From Candidatus Eiseniibacteriota bacterium (lineage in GTDB: Bacteria > Eisenbacteria > RBG-16-71-46): a stretch of 64,000 bases of DNA. The notes beneath the pieces are model-generated. The model was not told the origin of the DNA. It did no database searches and saw nothing but the letters and a program-made list of their open reading frames with translations. Numbering within the stretch: the stretch's first letter is position 1; each line of letters opens with the position of its first letter. Position numbers and translations under genes: made by a program. The DNA is taken from the NCBI GenBank assembly GCA_044223005.1, contig JBGAML010000006.1, positions 64,001 to 128,000 on the forward strand. The letters are read 5' to 3'. Positions 1 through 10,639 of this stretch are shown here, in pieces.

Positions 1-3
1 GGC

Positions 4-1665
4 ATGCCGCGGGCGCTGCGGGTGGGCAGCGTGGTGTCGCTCGTCGTGGCGCTCTTCTTCGCGCTCACCGGCCTGCACCTCATCCCGGTCTTCGACGACC
101 TGCACATCGCGTGGGCGAACGTGACGTATCACTACGTCCGGACGACGCCCATCGGCGACGCCTACGGCACGCTGATCGTGCTGACGCTGCTCGTGCCGTT
201 CGCCGGCTACGGCCTGCGCGCGCTGCGCGGTGAACGCGACGCATGGGGCATCGTCGCCGGTTTCACGATCTTCTTCTCCGCGGCCGTCATCGAGCTGCTG
301 GTCGCGAACCGCGTCATCGTCTGGCTGTCCCCGGCGGACCTCGGCTTCCTCGCGGTGGTCGCGCCGACGTCGGCGGTGATGCTTCGCCGGTTCGTCGCCG
401 AGGCACGCAGGTTCTCGGAGCTCAACGACGTGCTCGCGAACCAGGTGGTCGAGCGCACGGCCGAGCGTGACGATGCCCGCGTCGCGCTCGCGGAATCCGA
501 ACGGCTCGCGGCGCTCGGGCGGTTGGCCGCGGGTGTGGGGCACGAGATCAACAATCCGCTCACGTACGTGCAGCTCTCGCTCGCGCGCGTGGCCGAGCGG
601 CCGGACGGGCGGCTGGCGGACCCCGACGTGCGGACGGCGCTGGACCATGCGCGCGAGGGCGTGGAGCGGATCCGCAAGGTCGTCGAGGGACTGCGGACCT
701 ACTCGCGCCCGGCTCGCGAACCGGTGGCGGTCGCTCCGGCCGAGGCGGCCGCGGCGGCACTGCGCGTGGCCGGACCGCAGCTGCGGCACACGGCGGAAGT
801 GACGACGGAGCTCGCGCCCGTTCCCGACGTGATGGGCGACGAGTCGCGGCTCGTGCAGGCGCTCGTCAACCTGCTCGTCAACGCGGCGCAGGCGGTGGGC
901 GACGCTGACGGCCGGGGCCAGATCGAGGTGCGCACTCGCGTCGCGGGCGAGCGCGTCCTGATCGAGGTGCAGGACGACGGGCCGGGCATTCCCGAGCCGC
1001 TCCGCGCCCACGTGGCGGAGCCCTACTTCACCACGCGCGCGCAGCACGGCGGGCTCGGATTGGGGCTGTTCGTGACGCGCGGCATCGTGGAGGCGCACGG
1101 CGGGAAGCTGGAGCTGCTCCCGGCCCCCGTGCGCGGCACGCTCGCGCGGATCAGCCTCCCCGCGGCGCCGCAGCACGTTCCGTCGCCGCACGCGCCCGCG
1201 CCGGTGGTTCCGGCGCCGGAGCCGCCGCAGGGGCCGAAGCGCGCGCTCCTGGTCGTGGACGACGAGCCGCTGGTGCTCGAGCTGCTCGCCGACCTGCTCG
1301 CGATCGAGTGGGAGGTGACGGGCGTCGGGACGGGCGCGGAGGCTCTTGAGCATATCGCGCGGAGCACCTACGCGGCGATCCTGTGCGATCTCATGATGCC
1401 GGGGCTCTCGGGCATCGACGTCGCCGAGCGGCTCGCGCGCGAGCGGCCCGAGTCGCGCGCGCGCATGGTGTTCCTGACCGGCGGCGCGGTGACCGCCGAA
1501 GCCGAGGAGTTCCTGGCGCGGCCGGACGTGCGGCACGTGATGAAGCCCGTCGACGTTCCCGAGCTGTTCGCGACGATTCGCGCGGTGGCCCGCGACGCGG
1601 ATGCGGCGTTCAGCGCGAGCGCGAACGGTCCAGTGCCACCACGAGACCCAGCACCGTCGCGTTGA
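4..1665 (+). CDS. Membrane hybrid sensor histidine kinase (HisKA-HATPase-REC); probably 5'-truncated by the window
   Basis: TM segments, H-box GVGHEINNPL, N-box NLLVNA, DDGPG, GLGL, C-terminal receiver LVVDDE...CDLMMP...KP. Confidence 0.9.
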   Translation: MPRALRVGSVVSLVVALFFALTGLHLIPVFDDLHIAWANVTYHYVRTTPIGDAYGTLIVLTLLVPFAGYGLRALRGERDAWGIVAGFTIFFSAAVIELLVANRVIVWLSPADLGFLAVVAPTSAVMLRRFVAEARRFSELNDVLANQVVERTAERDDARVALAESERLAALGRLAAGVGHEINNPLTYVQLSLARVAERPDGRLADPDVRTALDHAREGVERIRKVVEGLRTYSRPAREPVAVAPAEAAAAALRVAGPQLRHTAEVTTELAPVPDVMGDESRLVQALVNLLVNAAQAVGDADGRGQIEVRTRVAGERVLIEVQDDGPGIPEPLRAHVAEPYFTTRAQHGGLGLGLFVTRGIVEAHGGKLELLPAPVRGTLARISLPAAPQHVPSPHAPAPVVPAPEPPQGPKRALLVVDDEPLVLELLADLLAIEWEVTGVGTGAEALEHIARSTYAAILCDLMMPGLSGIDVAERLARERPESRARMVFLTGGAVTAEAEEFLARPDVRHVMKPVDVPELFATIRAVARDADAAFSASANGPVPPRDPAPSR

Positions 1666-3058
1666 GCGCCAGGGCCACCATCCCGACGTTGAGATCGGTG
1701 ACCGCGGCGGGCCAGGTGGGAAAGACGCGGGCGAGCGTGAGTCCCGTGCGCGTCTGCAGGATCACCGTCGCGACGCCGGTGAGGATGCCGGCGAAGGCCG
1801 CGAGGCGGGAGGGACGCGTTCCCGGCGCGAGGCCCAGCAGCAGCGCGGGCAGCAACTGCGTGACCAGGTTGTAGCCCATGAGCAGCAGCGGCACGAGCGT
1901 CTCGCCGCCGCGCAGCGTGGCGAACGCGGCGCCGAGCGCGAGCACGGGCACCAGCGCGCGCGCGGCGATCCCCTGCGCACGCTCGTCGAGCCCGGGGGCG
2001 AGCGGGCGTGCGACGTTCTTCACCAGCACGGTCGCCATGGTGACGAGCAGCATCGAGCCGGGCACGAGCGCCGTGAGGATGCCGGCGGCCCCGATCACGC
2101 CCACCATCCACGGCGCGAACGAGAGCTTGGAGAGCCGCAGCAGTGACAGGTCGGCCTGCGCCCCGGTCAGCCCGGGCACGACGCTCACGGCGGCGAAGCC
2201 GACGAAGAACACGAACAGCAGCACGAGCTGGTAGAGCGGCATGACGATCGCGTTCTTGCGAAACACGTCGGCATCCTTCGCGGTGTAGACGGACGCGAAG
2301 CCGTGCGGCCACGTGTAGAAGCCGACGGCGGAGAGCAGCACGGTGGAGACGAACCACGTCGGGCTCATGCCGTGAGAAGGCAGCGCCAGGAAACCGGGAT
2401 GGTCCCGGTCGATGGCCGCGAACATCGGGCCGATGCCGCCGTGCCAGCGCCACGGCAGCCACAGCCCGAGCCCCACCGCGACGGCGAGGATCATGATGTC
2501 CTTGAGCACGGCGGTCCACGCCGAGCCGTGCACGCCCGACACCGAGACGTAGACGACCAGTACCGCGACGCCGATCCAGACGGCGGTGGCGGGCGCGATG
2601 TGTCCGTACGACGTCTCGGACACGATGATGCCGAGACCTTTCAGCTGCAGCACGAGATAGAAGGTCATGGCGGCCACGCCGACGAGCGTGACGAGCACGC
2701 CGAGCACGGGGCTGCCGAAGCGGTGCGCGAAGAAGTCGGCCTGCGAATGGAGCCGGTGCGTCGTGCCGTAGCGCCAGATGGCGGGCAGCAGGAAGTACGA
2801 GATGGAGTAGGCGATCGCGCCGTAGCCGAGGATGTAGAACGCGGGCCCGCCCTTGCCGTACGCCCAGCCGCTGCCGCCGAGGAACGTGAAGGTGGTGTAG
2901 ATCTCGCCGGCCATCAGCAGGAACACGAAGATCGCGCCGAAGCCGCGGCCGCCGACGCTCCACTGCTCGAGGCTGACCTCGTGACCGCGCTGCGCGAGCA
3001 CGCCGAGCAGCAGGGCGAACAGCAGGAACGCGCCGAGAACGGGCAGCGCGGCGTTCAC
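1610..3058 (-). CDS. Sodium:solute symporter family protein (YhjB-like)
   Basis: Many TM helices, [17 protein letters not shown] motif; GTG start overlaps the upstream stop (GTGA). Confidence 0.85.
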   Translation of the reverse strand: MNAALPVLGAFLLFALLLGVLAQRGHEVSLEQWSVGGRGFGAIFVFLLMAGEIYTTFTFLGGSGWAYGKGGPAFYILGYGAIAYSISYFLLPAIWRYGTTHRLHSQADFFAHRFGSPVLGVLVTLVGVAAMTFYLVLQLKGLGIIVSETSYGHIAPATAVWIGVAVLVVYVSVSGVHGSAWTAVLKDIMILAVAVGLGLWLPWRWHGGIGPMFAAIDRDHPGFLALPSHGMSPTWFVSTVLLSAVGFYTWPHGFASVYTAKDADVFRKNAIVMPLYQLVLLFVFFVGFAAVSVVPGLTGAQADLSLLRLSKLSFAPWMVGVIGAAGILTALVPGSMLLVTMATVLVKNVARPLAPGLDERAQGIAARALVPVLALGAAFATLRGGETLVPLLLMGYNLVTQLLPALLLGLAPGTRPSRLAAFAGILTGVATVILQTRTGLTLARVFPTWPAAVTDLNVGMVALALNATVLGLVVALDRSRSR

Positions 3059-3360
3059 GAGCGGGGCGCTCCGGCGGCGCGTTCCGCGGCGTCCGCGCGC
3101 TGGTCGAGTGCGTGCACGATGGCCATGACGAGCGTCGTGAGCAGCACGCACGCGAGCATCCAGAAGAGCAGGAAGGGCAGCCCGAGCACGAACGGACGTA
3201 CGCGGTTCGCGAACGGCATGCCGAAGACGATGGCGATGGCGGGCAACGCGGCGAGCAGGCGGTGGGGACGCGGGGTCGGCGGCACGGGGCGGGCACTCCG
3301 GGGATGGAGCCGGGCGTCGGCGGTGGCGCGCAGTGTTGGGGGCGGCACGTGGGGTGTCAA
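3055..3360 (-). CDS. DUF3311-like small membrane protein (symporter partner); start uncertain
   Basis: [19 protein letters not shown], two TM segments, coupled to the SSS gene. Confidence 0.75.
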   Translation of the reverse strand: MTPHVPPPTLRATADARLHPRSARPVPPTPRPHRLLAALPAIAIVFGMPFANRVRPFVLGLPFLLFWMLACVLLTTLVMAIVHALDQRADAAERAAGAPRS

Positions 3361-3687
3361 CGGGAGAGTGCGAGGGCTCGAGCGGTGGGCGCTGGCTCGG
3401 GGTTCGTGCGCGAGCGCGGGCCTGCGGCTCGCGCGGCTCGCGTCACGAATGCCCGCGCCGGCACGCTTTCGAGTGCGACCCGAAACCGTGGCCGGCGCGG
3501 CCCCGGGCCTGCTTTACACCCCGGGGCATTCCGGGTGAAACTGGTCGGGACATGCGCGGCCCTTCGGGGTCGCGCCTGCTCGCCCCGAACATCGTGCCCG
3601 AGGCCCCTCTCGCCGGCCCGGGCCCGCGAGTTCCGGGGCGAGCCTCGAGCTTTCCGGTTCACGCCCACTCCAGCCTCAGGGAATCCC

Positions 3688-4410
3688 ATGGGACGCATTT
3701 TCGAAACCCGCAAGGCCACGATGTTCGCGCGCTGGGACAAGATGTCCAAGGCGTTCTCGCGCATCGGCAAGGAAATCACCATCGCGGTCAAGAAGGGCGG
3801 GCCGAGCCCCGAGAACAACCCGTCGCTGCGCCGGGTGATCCAGAACGCCCGCGCCGTGAACATGCCCAAGGACAAGGTCGAGAACGCGATCAAGAAGGCG
3901 TCGGGGCAGGGCGCGGAAAACTACGACGAGATCACGTACGAAGGCTACGCGCCTCACGGCGTGGCGCTGGTCGTCGAGTGCGCGACCAACAACATCACGC
4001 GCACGGCGGGCAACGTGCGGGCGATCTTCACCCGCGGCGGCGGCAACCTCGGCCAGAACGGCAGCGTCGCGTTCCAGTTCAAGCGCATGGGCGTCTTCCG
4101 GCTGAAGCCGGAAGGCCTGGACCACGAAGCGCTCGAGCTCGAACTCATCGACCACGGCCTCGAGGAAATGGGCGAGTCGACGGGCGAGAAGGGTGAAGCG
4201 CAGCTCGTGCTGCGCTGCGCGTTCGCGGACTTCGGCCAGCTCGCCAAGGCGCTCGAAGACAAGGGCATCACGCCGATCTCGTCCGAACTCGAGTACATCC
4301 CGCAGACGCCTGCGACCCTGCCGGACTCGCAGGCCCACGAAGTTCTGGCCCTTGTCGACAAGCTCGAGCAGGATGAGGACGTGCAGAAAGTGTTTCACAA
4401 CCTGGGCTAG
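3688..4410 (+). CDS. yebC: YebC/PmpR family protein
   Basis: MGR...[14 protein letters not shown]...[10 protein letters not shown]...[10 protein letters not shown]. Confidence 0.95.
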   Translation: MGRIFETRKATMFARWDKMSKAFSRIGKEITIAVKKGGPSPENNPSLRRVIQNARAVNMPKDKVENAIKKASGQGAENYDEITYEGYAPHGVALVVECATNNITRTAGNVRAIFTRGGGNLGQNGSVAFQFKRMGVFRLKPEGLDHEALELELIDHGLEEMGESTGEKGEAQLVLRCAFADFGQLAKALEDKGITPISSELEYIPQTPATLPDSQAHEVLALVDKLEQDEDVQKVFHNLG

Positions 4411-4423
4411 GCCCGCGCCGCAG

Positions 4424-4489
4424 GCGCGTACTCCACACACAAGAGCCCCGCGAGAAGTCTCGCGGGGCTCTTGTGTGTGGAGTACGCGC
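4424..4489. terminator. 32-bp perfect inverted repeat between convergent genes (probable bidirectional terminator)
   Basis: GCGCGTACTCCACACACAAGAGCCCCGCGAGA-AG-reverse complement. Confidence 0.7.
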
Positions 4490-4493
4490 AGGC

Positions 4494-4880
4494 CTAGTAG
4501 GCCTTGTAGCTCTTTTCTTCCAGGATCTCAGAGCCCAGAAGCCTGTTGATCTCCCGCTTCACTGCCGCTCTCCGATCATTCGTGCGATACACGCTGCGCG
4601 CGAGCTCCACGAAGCTCGCCCCGAAATCCTGCTTCGCTTCGTGCTCGCGGATCTCGTCCTCGATGTCCCAGAGCTTGGCGTTGATGGCCTTGAGCTCGGT
4701 GACCTGGGACTCCACGTCGCGCACCGAGAGCGGCGAGGCGGACCACGTCTCGCGCATCAGGTCGAGCTCGCGGCGCACGTTGGCGAGCTTGTCGGGATCC
4801 TCGATCCGCTCGGACTTGATCTCGAGGATCGTGAGCTTGTCGAGAAACTCGCCGGGAGCGGTGGGCAGGTTCAGCAGCAT
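4494..4880 (-). CDS. DUF6165-like protein
   Basis: GEFLDKLTILEIKSERI...LWDIEDEIR...ARSVYRTNDRRAAVKREIN...EEKSY. Confidence 0.75.
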   Translation of the reverse strand: MLLNLPTAPGEFLDKLTILEIKSERIEDPDKLANVRRELDLMRETWSASPLSVRDVESQVTELKAINAKLWDIEDEIREHEAKQDFGASFVELARSVYRTNDRRAAVKREINRLLGSEILEEKSYKAY

Positions 4881-4946
4881 GATGTTCAGGGCCTCGGTTG
4901 TTTGCGCCCGGGCTGGCGTGCCGGCCCGGGCGCGTGATCGCGAGCG

Positions 4947-7900
4947 TCAGCGCCCGCGCGATGACTTGTCGGGGAAGGCCGGCGGGACCGGTCGCACGAT
5001 GGGCTCGCGGGCGAGCTTGTCCTTCAGGTAGAGAATCGCGCGATCGAGCTGCGGGTCGGCACCGCGCATCAGCGCGGCGGGGTCGTCGGGGACGGTTTCG
5101 TCCGGCGTGACGCCGGTGCCCTCGATCACCCAGCCGTCACCGGGCACCCACTCGCCGTAGTTCGGGATGTACACGCTGCCTCCGTCCATCAGCGCGTAGC
5201 CGCCGCCGCTGCCGACTTCGCCGCCCCAGGTCCTGACGCCGTAGACCGGCCCGAGCTTCAGGCGCTGGAACGCGTCGCTGAACTCCTCGGCGTCCGAGCC
5301 GCTGCGCTCGTTGCAGAGCGCGGCCGCGTGGCCGGCGAACGCCCAGTCCTGCCGCGTCCACGACGCGCCGAAGCGCGGCTTGAACCACGAGTAGGGCTTG
5401 GAGCCGGCCTGCAGCAGCAGCATCGCGTCGATGTAGCCGCCGCCGTTGAAGCGGACGTCGTACACCATGGCGTCCTGGCCGAGCTGCGGGTAGTAGTGCT
5501 TGGCGAACGCCCGCAGTCCGCCATTGCCCATGTCCGGGATGTGCACGTAGCCGAAGTTGGGACCGCCGTGCGCGTGCACGTAGTCGACCCGGCCCTGCAC
5601 CCAGTCCTGGTAGCGCAGCGGCGCCTCCGTCGCGAGCGTCTTCACGCGGATGTCGCGCGCCCCGCCGTGCTCGGGCTTCGCGTTGATCGTGAGCTGCACC
5701 ACGTCGCCCGCGAGTCCGGAGAAGAGCGCGTAGAACTCCTGGTCCGCGCGCACCGGCTTGCCGCCCACCGCGAGGATGTAGTCGCCCACGTGCACGTTCA
5801 GGCCCGGCTCGAGCAGGGGCGAGGCGAGGTCGAGGTCGAAGCCGTCACTGCCGTAGAGCTTCGTGATCCGGTACGCGGGCACCGCGCCCGGCACGAACTC
5901 GACGTCGGCGCCCAGGTAGCCGAGCGGGACGCGCGTCACCTCGGGGTTGTCGCCGCCGACGATGTACGCGTGGCCGCAGTTGAGCTCCGCGACGATCTCG
6001 CCCTGCACGAAGCTCAGGTCGCTGCGGTCGGCGATCGCCGGGATCATCGCGTCGTACTTGCGGCGCACCGCGTCCCAGTCGGCGCCGTGCATCTTCGGGT
6101 CGTAGAAGAAGTCGCGCGCCAGCCGCCACGTCTCGTGCAGCATCTGCGTCCACTCGGCGGCGGGATCGATCGTCAGCTCCCACGCTCCGGTGTCGACCTT
6201 GCCCTTGTCGCCGAGCGACGCCGCGTCGGCGGCGATCACCTGGAACGCCTTGCCCTTGCGCACGAGGACCTTCTTGCGGTCGCCCGAGAGCTGGATCGAC
6301 GTGACGTGCTTCGCGACCGTCGTGACTTCCTGCTCGTCCAGGTCGAACGCCCGCAGTTCGCGCGCGTCGGCCGGGGCCTCGTCTTCACCCGGTTCGCCCT
6401 GCACGAGCAGCAGCAGCTTGCCGCCGGCGGGGTAGGCGTGCACGTAGCGGTCGGCCGGCACCGGCACGTCGAGGATGCGCGCCGGCAGCCCGGCGAGATC
6501 GATGCGCGTAGCGGCCTTGGCCGTGTCCGGCTTGGCGTCGGCCTTCGCGGTCTTGGCGGGCTTCTCGCCGCCGCCGCTGGCCGCGCCTTCTTCGTCGTTC
6601 TTTTCCAGGAACGGCGACTTGCCGTCGGCCGCGAGGATCGCCATCGAGACCTTGGTGTACTTGTCCACCGTCCAGAAGCGGTTGGCGTTGACGGCGCGCG
6701 GGTCGAACGCGCGGTCCGACAGCCAGACCAGGTACTTGCCCTCGGCGTCCCACTCGGGCGCGCCGCTGGTCATCTCGGGATCCGAGACGCGCGCCGCCTT
6801 CTTCGCGACCGTGTCGTAGATCCAGATGGTGTTGTTCCAGTTGGGTTCGGGGCGCTCGAACGCGAGCCAGCGGCCGTCGGGGCTGAAACGCTGGCCGTCG
6901 TACACGACGTCGTACGCGCCGCCGCGGTCGGCCTGGTCGACCACGGTGATGGCACCGCTCGCGGCATCCACGAGCAGCGTGCGCATGTCGTGGTCCGAGC
7001 TCGCGATCCACTTGCCGTCCGGCGACCACTGCAGCGCGTTGAGCGGCCCCACGTGGTCGCGCGTCAGCTGCTTCGGCTCGCCGCCCGCCGCGGGCGCGAT
7101 CCACACCTGCTCGTCGCCGCTCGCGTCGGAGACGAACGCGAGCCGCTTGCCGTCGGGCGACCACACCGGGTACTGGGCACGCGCGCCGGGCTGCGCCACC
7201 ACGGTGCGCACGTCGCCGTTCTCGGCCGGCGCACTCAGGATCTGGCCGCGCGCCGAGACGAGGAGCCGCTTGCCGGTGGGCCCGAACGACGTGCCCGCGA
7301 GCCAGCGCAGCGCCGGGACGCGCCGCGCGCGCGCGTGCAGCCGGTCGGAGTGCAGGTCGAAGCGCAGGTCGCGCACCTGGCCGGTCTGCGCGTCCCAGAG
7401 CGCGAGCCCGTCGCCGTGCTCGAACACCACGCGCTGACCGTCCGTGCCGGGGTAGCGCACGTCGTAGTCGGTGTAGTGCGTGAGCGCGGTGGCGGCGCCG
7501 GTCGCGGGGTCGAGCTTCCAGAGGTTCGCGTGGCCGTCGCGCTCGCTCACGAACGCGATCGCCTCGCCGACCCACAGGGGCTCCGTGTCGATGCCGGGAT
7601 CGTCGGTGAGTCGCTTGAACGTGTGCGCCTCCGTGTCGGCGAGCCAGACGTCATCGGCCTCGCCCGCGGTGTAGCGCTTCCAGTGCTGCCATTCGGCGCT
7701 CACCGGCACGTAGGCGAAGCGGTGCCCATCGCGGTTCGCGTCGAGGAACTCGCCGTAGGGAATCGGCAGCAGCCGCACGGGGCCGCCGGCGACCGGCACG
7801 GCCCAGAAGCGGCTGTGCCGCACGGGGTCGTTGCGGCGCGAGCGGAAGAAGATCTCCTTGCCGTCGGGGCTCCATCCCGTCGTGACGACGCCCGTCGGGT

Positions 7901-8222
7901 CCCACGTGAGGCGCTTCGGGATCCCGCCGGTCACGTCCATCACGTAGACGTCGGTGCCGCCGTCGTACTGGGCCGTGAACGCGATCCGGCGGCCGTCGGG
8001 CGAGAAGCACGGCGCGCTTTCGGTGCCGGCGTCGGACGTGAGCCGCATCGCGGTGCCGGTCGCGATCGAACCGAGCCAGAGATCGCCCTCACTCGTGAAC
8101 ACGACCTGGTCGCCGTGCACGTCGGGGCGGCGGAGGAACTGCGTGGACGCGACGGCCACGGAAGCGGTCGTCACGAGGCAGAGAGCCGCGAGCACGAGCA
8201 CGCGGCGGGGGAGCGCGAACAT
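4947..8222 (-). CDS. Secreted tricorn-like protease (S41; beta-propellers + PDZ)
   Basis: Signal peptide, PD40-like FSPDG repeats, GYLGAD PDZ, DVRFNGGG, catalytic GSDAE, LNCGHAY. Confidence 0.9.
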   Translation of the reverse strand: MFALPRRVLVLAALCLVTTASVAVASTQFLRRPDVHGDQVVFTSEGDLWLGSIATGTAMRLTSDAGTESAPCFSPDGRRIAFTAQYDGGTDVYVMDVTGGIPKRLTWDPTGVVTTGWSPDGKEIFFRSRRNDPVRHSRFWAVPVAGGPVRLLPIPYGEFLDANRDGHRFAYVPVSAEWQHWKRYTAGEADDVWLADTEAHTFKRLTDDPGIDTEPLWVGEAIAFVSERDGHANLWKLDPATGAATALTHYTDYDVRYPGTDGQRVVFEHGDGLALWDAQTGQVRDLRFDLHSDRLHARARRVPALRWLAGTSFGPTGKRLLVSARGQILSAPAENGDVRTVVAQPGARAQYPVWSPDGKRLAFVSDASGDEQVWIAPAAGGEPKQLTRDHVGPLNALQWSPDGKWIASSDHDMRTLLVDAASGAITVVDQADRGGAYDVVYDGQRFSPDGRWLAFERPEPNWNNTIWIYDTVAKKAARVSDPEMTSGAPEWDAEGKYLVWLSDRAFDPRAVNANRFWTVDKYTKVSMAILAADGKSPFLEKNDEEGAASGGGEKPAKTAKADAKPDTAKAATRIDLAGLPARILDVPVPADRYVHAYPAGGKLLLLVQGEPGEDEAPADARELRAFDLDEQEVTTVAKHVTSIQLSGDRKKVLVRKGKAFQVIAADAASLGDKGKVDTGAWELTIDPAAEWTQMLHETWRLARDFFYDPKMHGADWDAVRRKYDAMIPAIADRSDLSFVQGEIVAELNCGHAYIVGGDNPEVTRVPLGYLGADVEFVPGAVPAYRITKLYGSDGFDLDLASPLLEPGLNVHVGDYILAVGGKPVRADQEFYALFSGLAGDVVQLTINAKPEHGGARDIRVKTLATEAPLRYQDWVQGRVDYVHAHGGPNFGYVHIPDMGNGGLRAFAKHYYPQLGQDAMVYDVRFNGGGYIDAMLLLQAGSKPYSWFKPRFGASWTRQDWAFAGHAAALCNERSGSDAEEFSDAFQRLKLGPVYGVRTWGGEVGSGGGYALMDGGSVYIPNYGEWVPGDGWVIEGTGVTPDETVPDDPAALMRGADPQLDRAILYLKDKLAREPIVRPVPPAFPDKSSRGR

Positions 8223-8236
8223 GGAGAGTCTCCGGG

Positions 8237-9229
8237 TCACCAGCGCATGACGCATCCGGCCCAGGCGAAGCCCGCGCCGAACGCGGCCAGCACCACGAGG
8301 TCGCCCTCGTGGAACCGGCCCGCCGCACGCGCCTCGGTCAGGGCGATCGGGATGCTCGCGGCGGTCGTGTTTCCATAACGTTCGATGTTCTGGAACACCT
8401 TCTCGGGGCCGACGCCGAGCCGCTCGGCGACCGCGTCGCCGATCCGCCGGTTGGCCTGGTGCGGCACGATCAGCTTCACGTCGTCGAGCGTGTGGCCCGC
8501 GGCGGCGAGCACTTCGTGGATCACCTCGGGAAAACGCGTGGTCGCGTTCTTGAACACCTGCCGGCCGTTCATCGCCGGCCGGTGCCGGTTCGCCGCGAGC
8601 ATTTCGGGCGTGACGCGTCCCGGCACGCGCGACGACGGCGCCTCGCACCACAGGTCGCGCGCGAACGCGCCCTCGCTGTGCAGCGCCCACGACAGGATCC
8701 CGCGGCCCTCTTCGCAGGGCTCGACGACCGCCGCGCCGGCGCCGTCGCCGAACAGAACGGCCATGTCGCGGCCCGCGGTGCTGAGGTCCAACCCCGTGCT
8801 CTGCACCTCGGCGCCGATCACCAGCACGCACTTGTACTGGCCCATGCGCACGAACGCGTCGGCGACCGAGAGCGCGTACACGAATCCGCTGCAGGCGTTG
8901 CGCACGTCGAGCGCGCCCACCGTGTCCATGCCCAGCGCCTGCTGCACCAGCACGCCGTTGCCCGGGAACATCCAGTCCGAGGTCGTGGTCGCGAACACGA
9001 TGAAGTCCACGTCCTTCGGGCTGCGCCCCGCGTCGGCCAGCGCCTTCTTCGCCGCTTCGATCCCGAGTTCGGAGGAGCCCACGTCGCCCTCGACGAAGTG
9101 CCGCTCGCGGATGCCGGTGCGCTCGACGATCCATGCGTCGCTCGTTTCCATGAGCGATTCGAGATCGTGGTTCGTGACGGTGCGCGGCGGGACGTGGAAT
9201 CCGATACCGGTGATGCGGGAACGGGTCAT
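8237..9229 (-). CDS. fabH: 3-oxoacyl-ACP synthase III
   Basis: WIVERTGIRER, NACSGF (Cys), PHQAN (His), YGNT (Asn), FGAGF. Confidence 0.93.
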   Translation of the reverse strand: MTRSRITGIGFHVPPRTVTNHDLESLMETSDAWIVERTGIRERHFVEGDVGSSELGIEAAKKALADAGRSPKDVDFIVFATTTSDWMFPGNGVLVQQALGMDTVGALDVRNACSGFVYALSVADAFVRMGQYKCVLVIGAEVQSTGLDLSTAGRDMAVLFGDGAGAAVVEPCEEGRGILSWALHSEGAFARDLWCEAPSSRVPGRVTPEMLAANRHRPAMNGRQVFKNATTRFPEVIHEVLAAAGHTLDDVKLIVPHQANRRIGDAVAERLGVGPEKVFQNIERYGNTTAASIPIALTEARAAGRFHEGDLVVLAAFGAGFAWAGCVMRW

Positions 9230-9372
9230 GAGGTCGGCCTCGCGGTTGGGAAGCGGGCAGTCTGGCCGCAGCACCGCCCGCGGTCAACGCGCGGGATCGA
9301 GCGGGCGACGAGCGCGGCCGGAGCGGGGCCGGCCGCGCGGGCCGGGCGCGGGCCCGTGGGCCCGGGGCCCCG

Positions 9373-10146
9373 TCAGTGATGCAGCAGGCGCAGGTAGGCG
9401 GCGACCCAGCCGTCGCCCCAGAGCCACACGATCATCGCGGCGGGGGCGAGGAAGACGCCGAACGGCAGCGCGGTCTTCATGCCGCCGCGGCCGCGCGCCA
9501 TCAGGATCGCGCCCACGATGCTGCCGGCGAACGCGGCGAGGAAGATGGTCGCGAGCGCGAGCACCGGCCCCAGCAGCGCCCCGAACATGGCGGCGAGCTT
9601 CACGTCGCCGAAGCCCATGCCCTCGATCTTGCGCACGCGCAGGTAGACCTCGGCGACGAGCCAGAGCAATCCCGCGCCGACCAGCATGCCGAGCATGGCG
9701 TGGCGCACGCCGGGGCCGAGCAGGGCCGCAACGATCGCCAGCACGACGCCGGGGAACGTGAGCACGTCCGGCAGCAGCTGGACGTCGAGGTCGATCCAAA
9801 CCAGCGCCACGAGCAGGAAACCCCAGAGCGCGACGAACGGGTACGCCGGATCGATCCCCATGTGCCGCCACGCGAGGAACGCCCACGCGCCGCACCAGAG
9901 CTCGGTGAACGGGTAGCGCGGGCTCACGTGCACGCCGCAATGGCGGCAGCGGCCGCGCGAAAGCACCCAGGTGAGCACGGGGAAGAGGTCCAGCACGCCG
10001 AGCACGTGGCCGCAGGAGGGGCACTTGGAGCGCCCGTGCACCCACGACTCGCCCCGGGGCACGCGCCACGCCAGCGCCGTGACGGCGCTGCCCATGATGA
10101 GCCCGAGGAGCGTGACGCAGATGCCGATGTAAACCTCGAGCGTCAT
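9373..10146 (-). CDS. pilD: Prepilin peptidase/N-methyltransferase (A24)
   Basis: CPSC/CRHC Zn motifs, IDLD and GMGFGDVKL catalytic Asp motifs, PFGVFL. Confidence 0.93.
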   Translation of the reverse strand: MTLEVYIGICVTLLGLIMGSAVTALAWRVPRGESWVHGRSKCPSCGHVLGVLDLFPVLTWVLSRGRCRHCGVHVSPRYPFTELWCGAWAFLAWRHMGIDPAYPFVALWGFLLVALVWIDLDVQLLPDVLTFPGVVLAIVAALLGPGVRHAMLGMLVGAGLLWLVAEVYLRVRKIEGMGFGDVKLAAMFGALLGPVLALATIFLAAFAGSIVGAILMARGRGGMKTALPFGVFLAPAAMIVWLWGDGWVAAYLRLLHH

Positions 10147-10254
10147 GCCCGGTCACCCGCCCGCATCCGGGCGTGGCATCGCGCCGCCCGCTCTGGCAGA
10201 ATCGGCAACGTCGAGCCGCGATCGCACCGGACCCATCCACTCGCACCGGAAGCC

Positions 10255-10575
10255 ATGCGCATCCTCGTCTTCCTCGCACTCGTCGCCAACAGCTTCGATC
10301 TCTTCGCGACCTCGGTGGGCATCCACTGGTTCGGCAATCGCGAAGGCAATCCGTTGCTCGCCCACCTGGCTCGCGAGCACTGGCTCGGGTTCGTCGCCCT
10401 GAAGGGCATCCTGGTGCCCCTGCTCATCTGGCGACTCTACCGTTATCGGCAGCAGACCCCCCATCTCACCACTGCGGGTCTCGGGCTCGTCACGGTGGCC
10501 CTCACGGTCGCGGTGGGCGAGTGGCTGGGCTGGATCGCCGCCGTGATGCACCTGCGCGGCGTCTCGGGCTTCTGA
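10255..10575 (+). CDS. DUF5658-like small membrane protein
   Basis: D-x3-T...EGNPL...K pattern with three hydrophobic segments. Confidence 0.65.
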   Translation: MRILVFLALVANSFDLFATSVGIHWFGNREGNPLLAHLAREHWLGFVALKGILVPLLIWRLYRYRQQTPHLTTAGLGLVTVALTVAVGEWLGWIAAVMHLRGVSGF

Positions 10576-10618
10576 GGCGGCTGGGGCGCGCTGCCGGCGT
10601 CCCGGAAATCGACGGCCC

Positions 10619-10638
10619 GGGCGGTTCGCGAACCGCCC
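10619..10638. terminator. 20-bp perfect palindrome between convergent genes, possible terminator
   Basis: GGGCGGTTCGCGAACCGCCC directly after the secretin stop codon. Confidence 0.45.
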
Positions 10639-10639
10639 A

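Noticed and set aside
1610..1665. 56-bp 3' overlap of convergent kinase and symporter genes
   Set aside because: Common in high-GC genomes; the overlapping kinase tail lies beyond the receiver domain.
5328..8378. 1016-aa plus-strand ORF, and many similar long Arg/Ala-rich ORFs such as 34170-37304, 45730-48885 and 51401-54415 (5' parts)
   Set aside because: Antisense or off-frame shadows of well-supported genes; stop codons are scarce at this GC content and these ORFs have no motifs.
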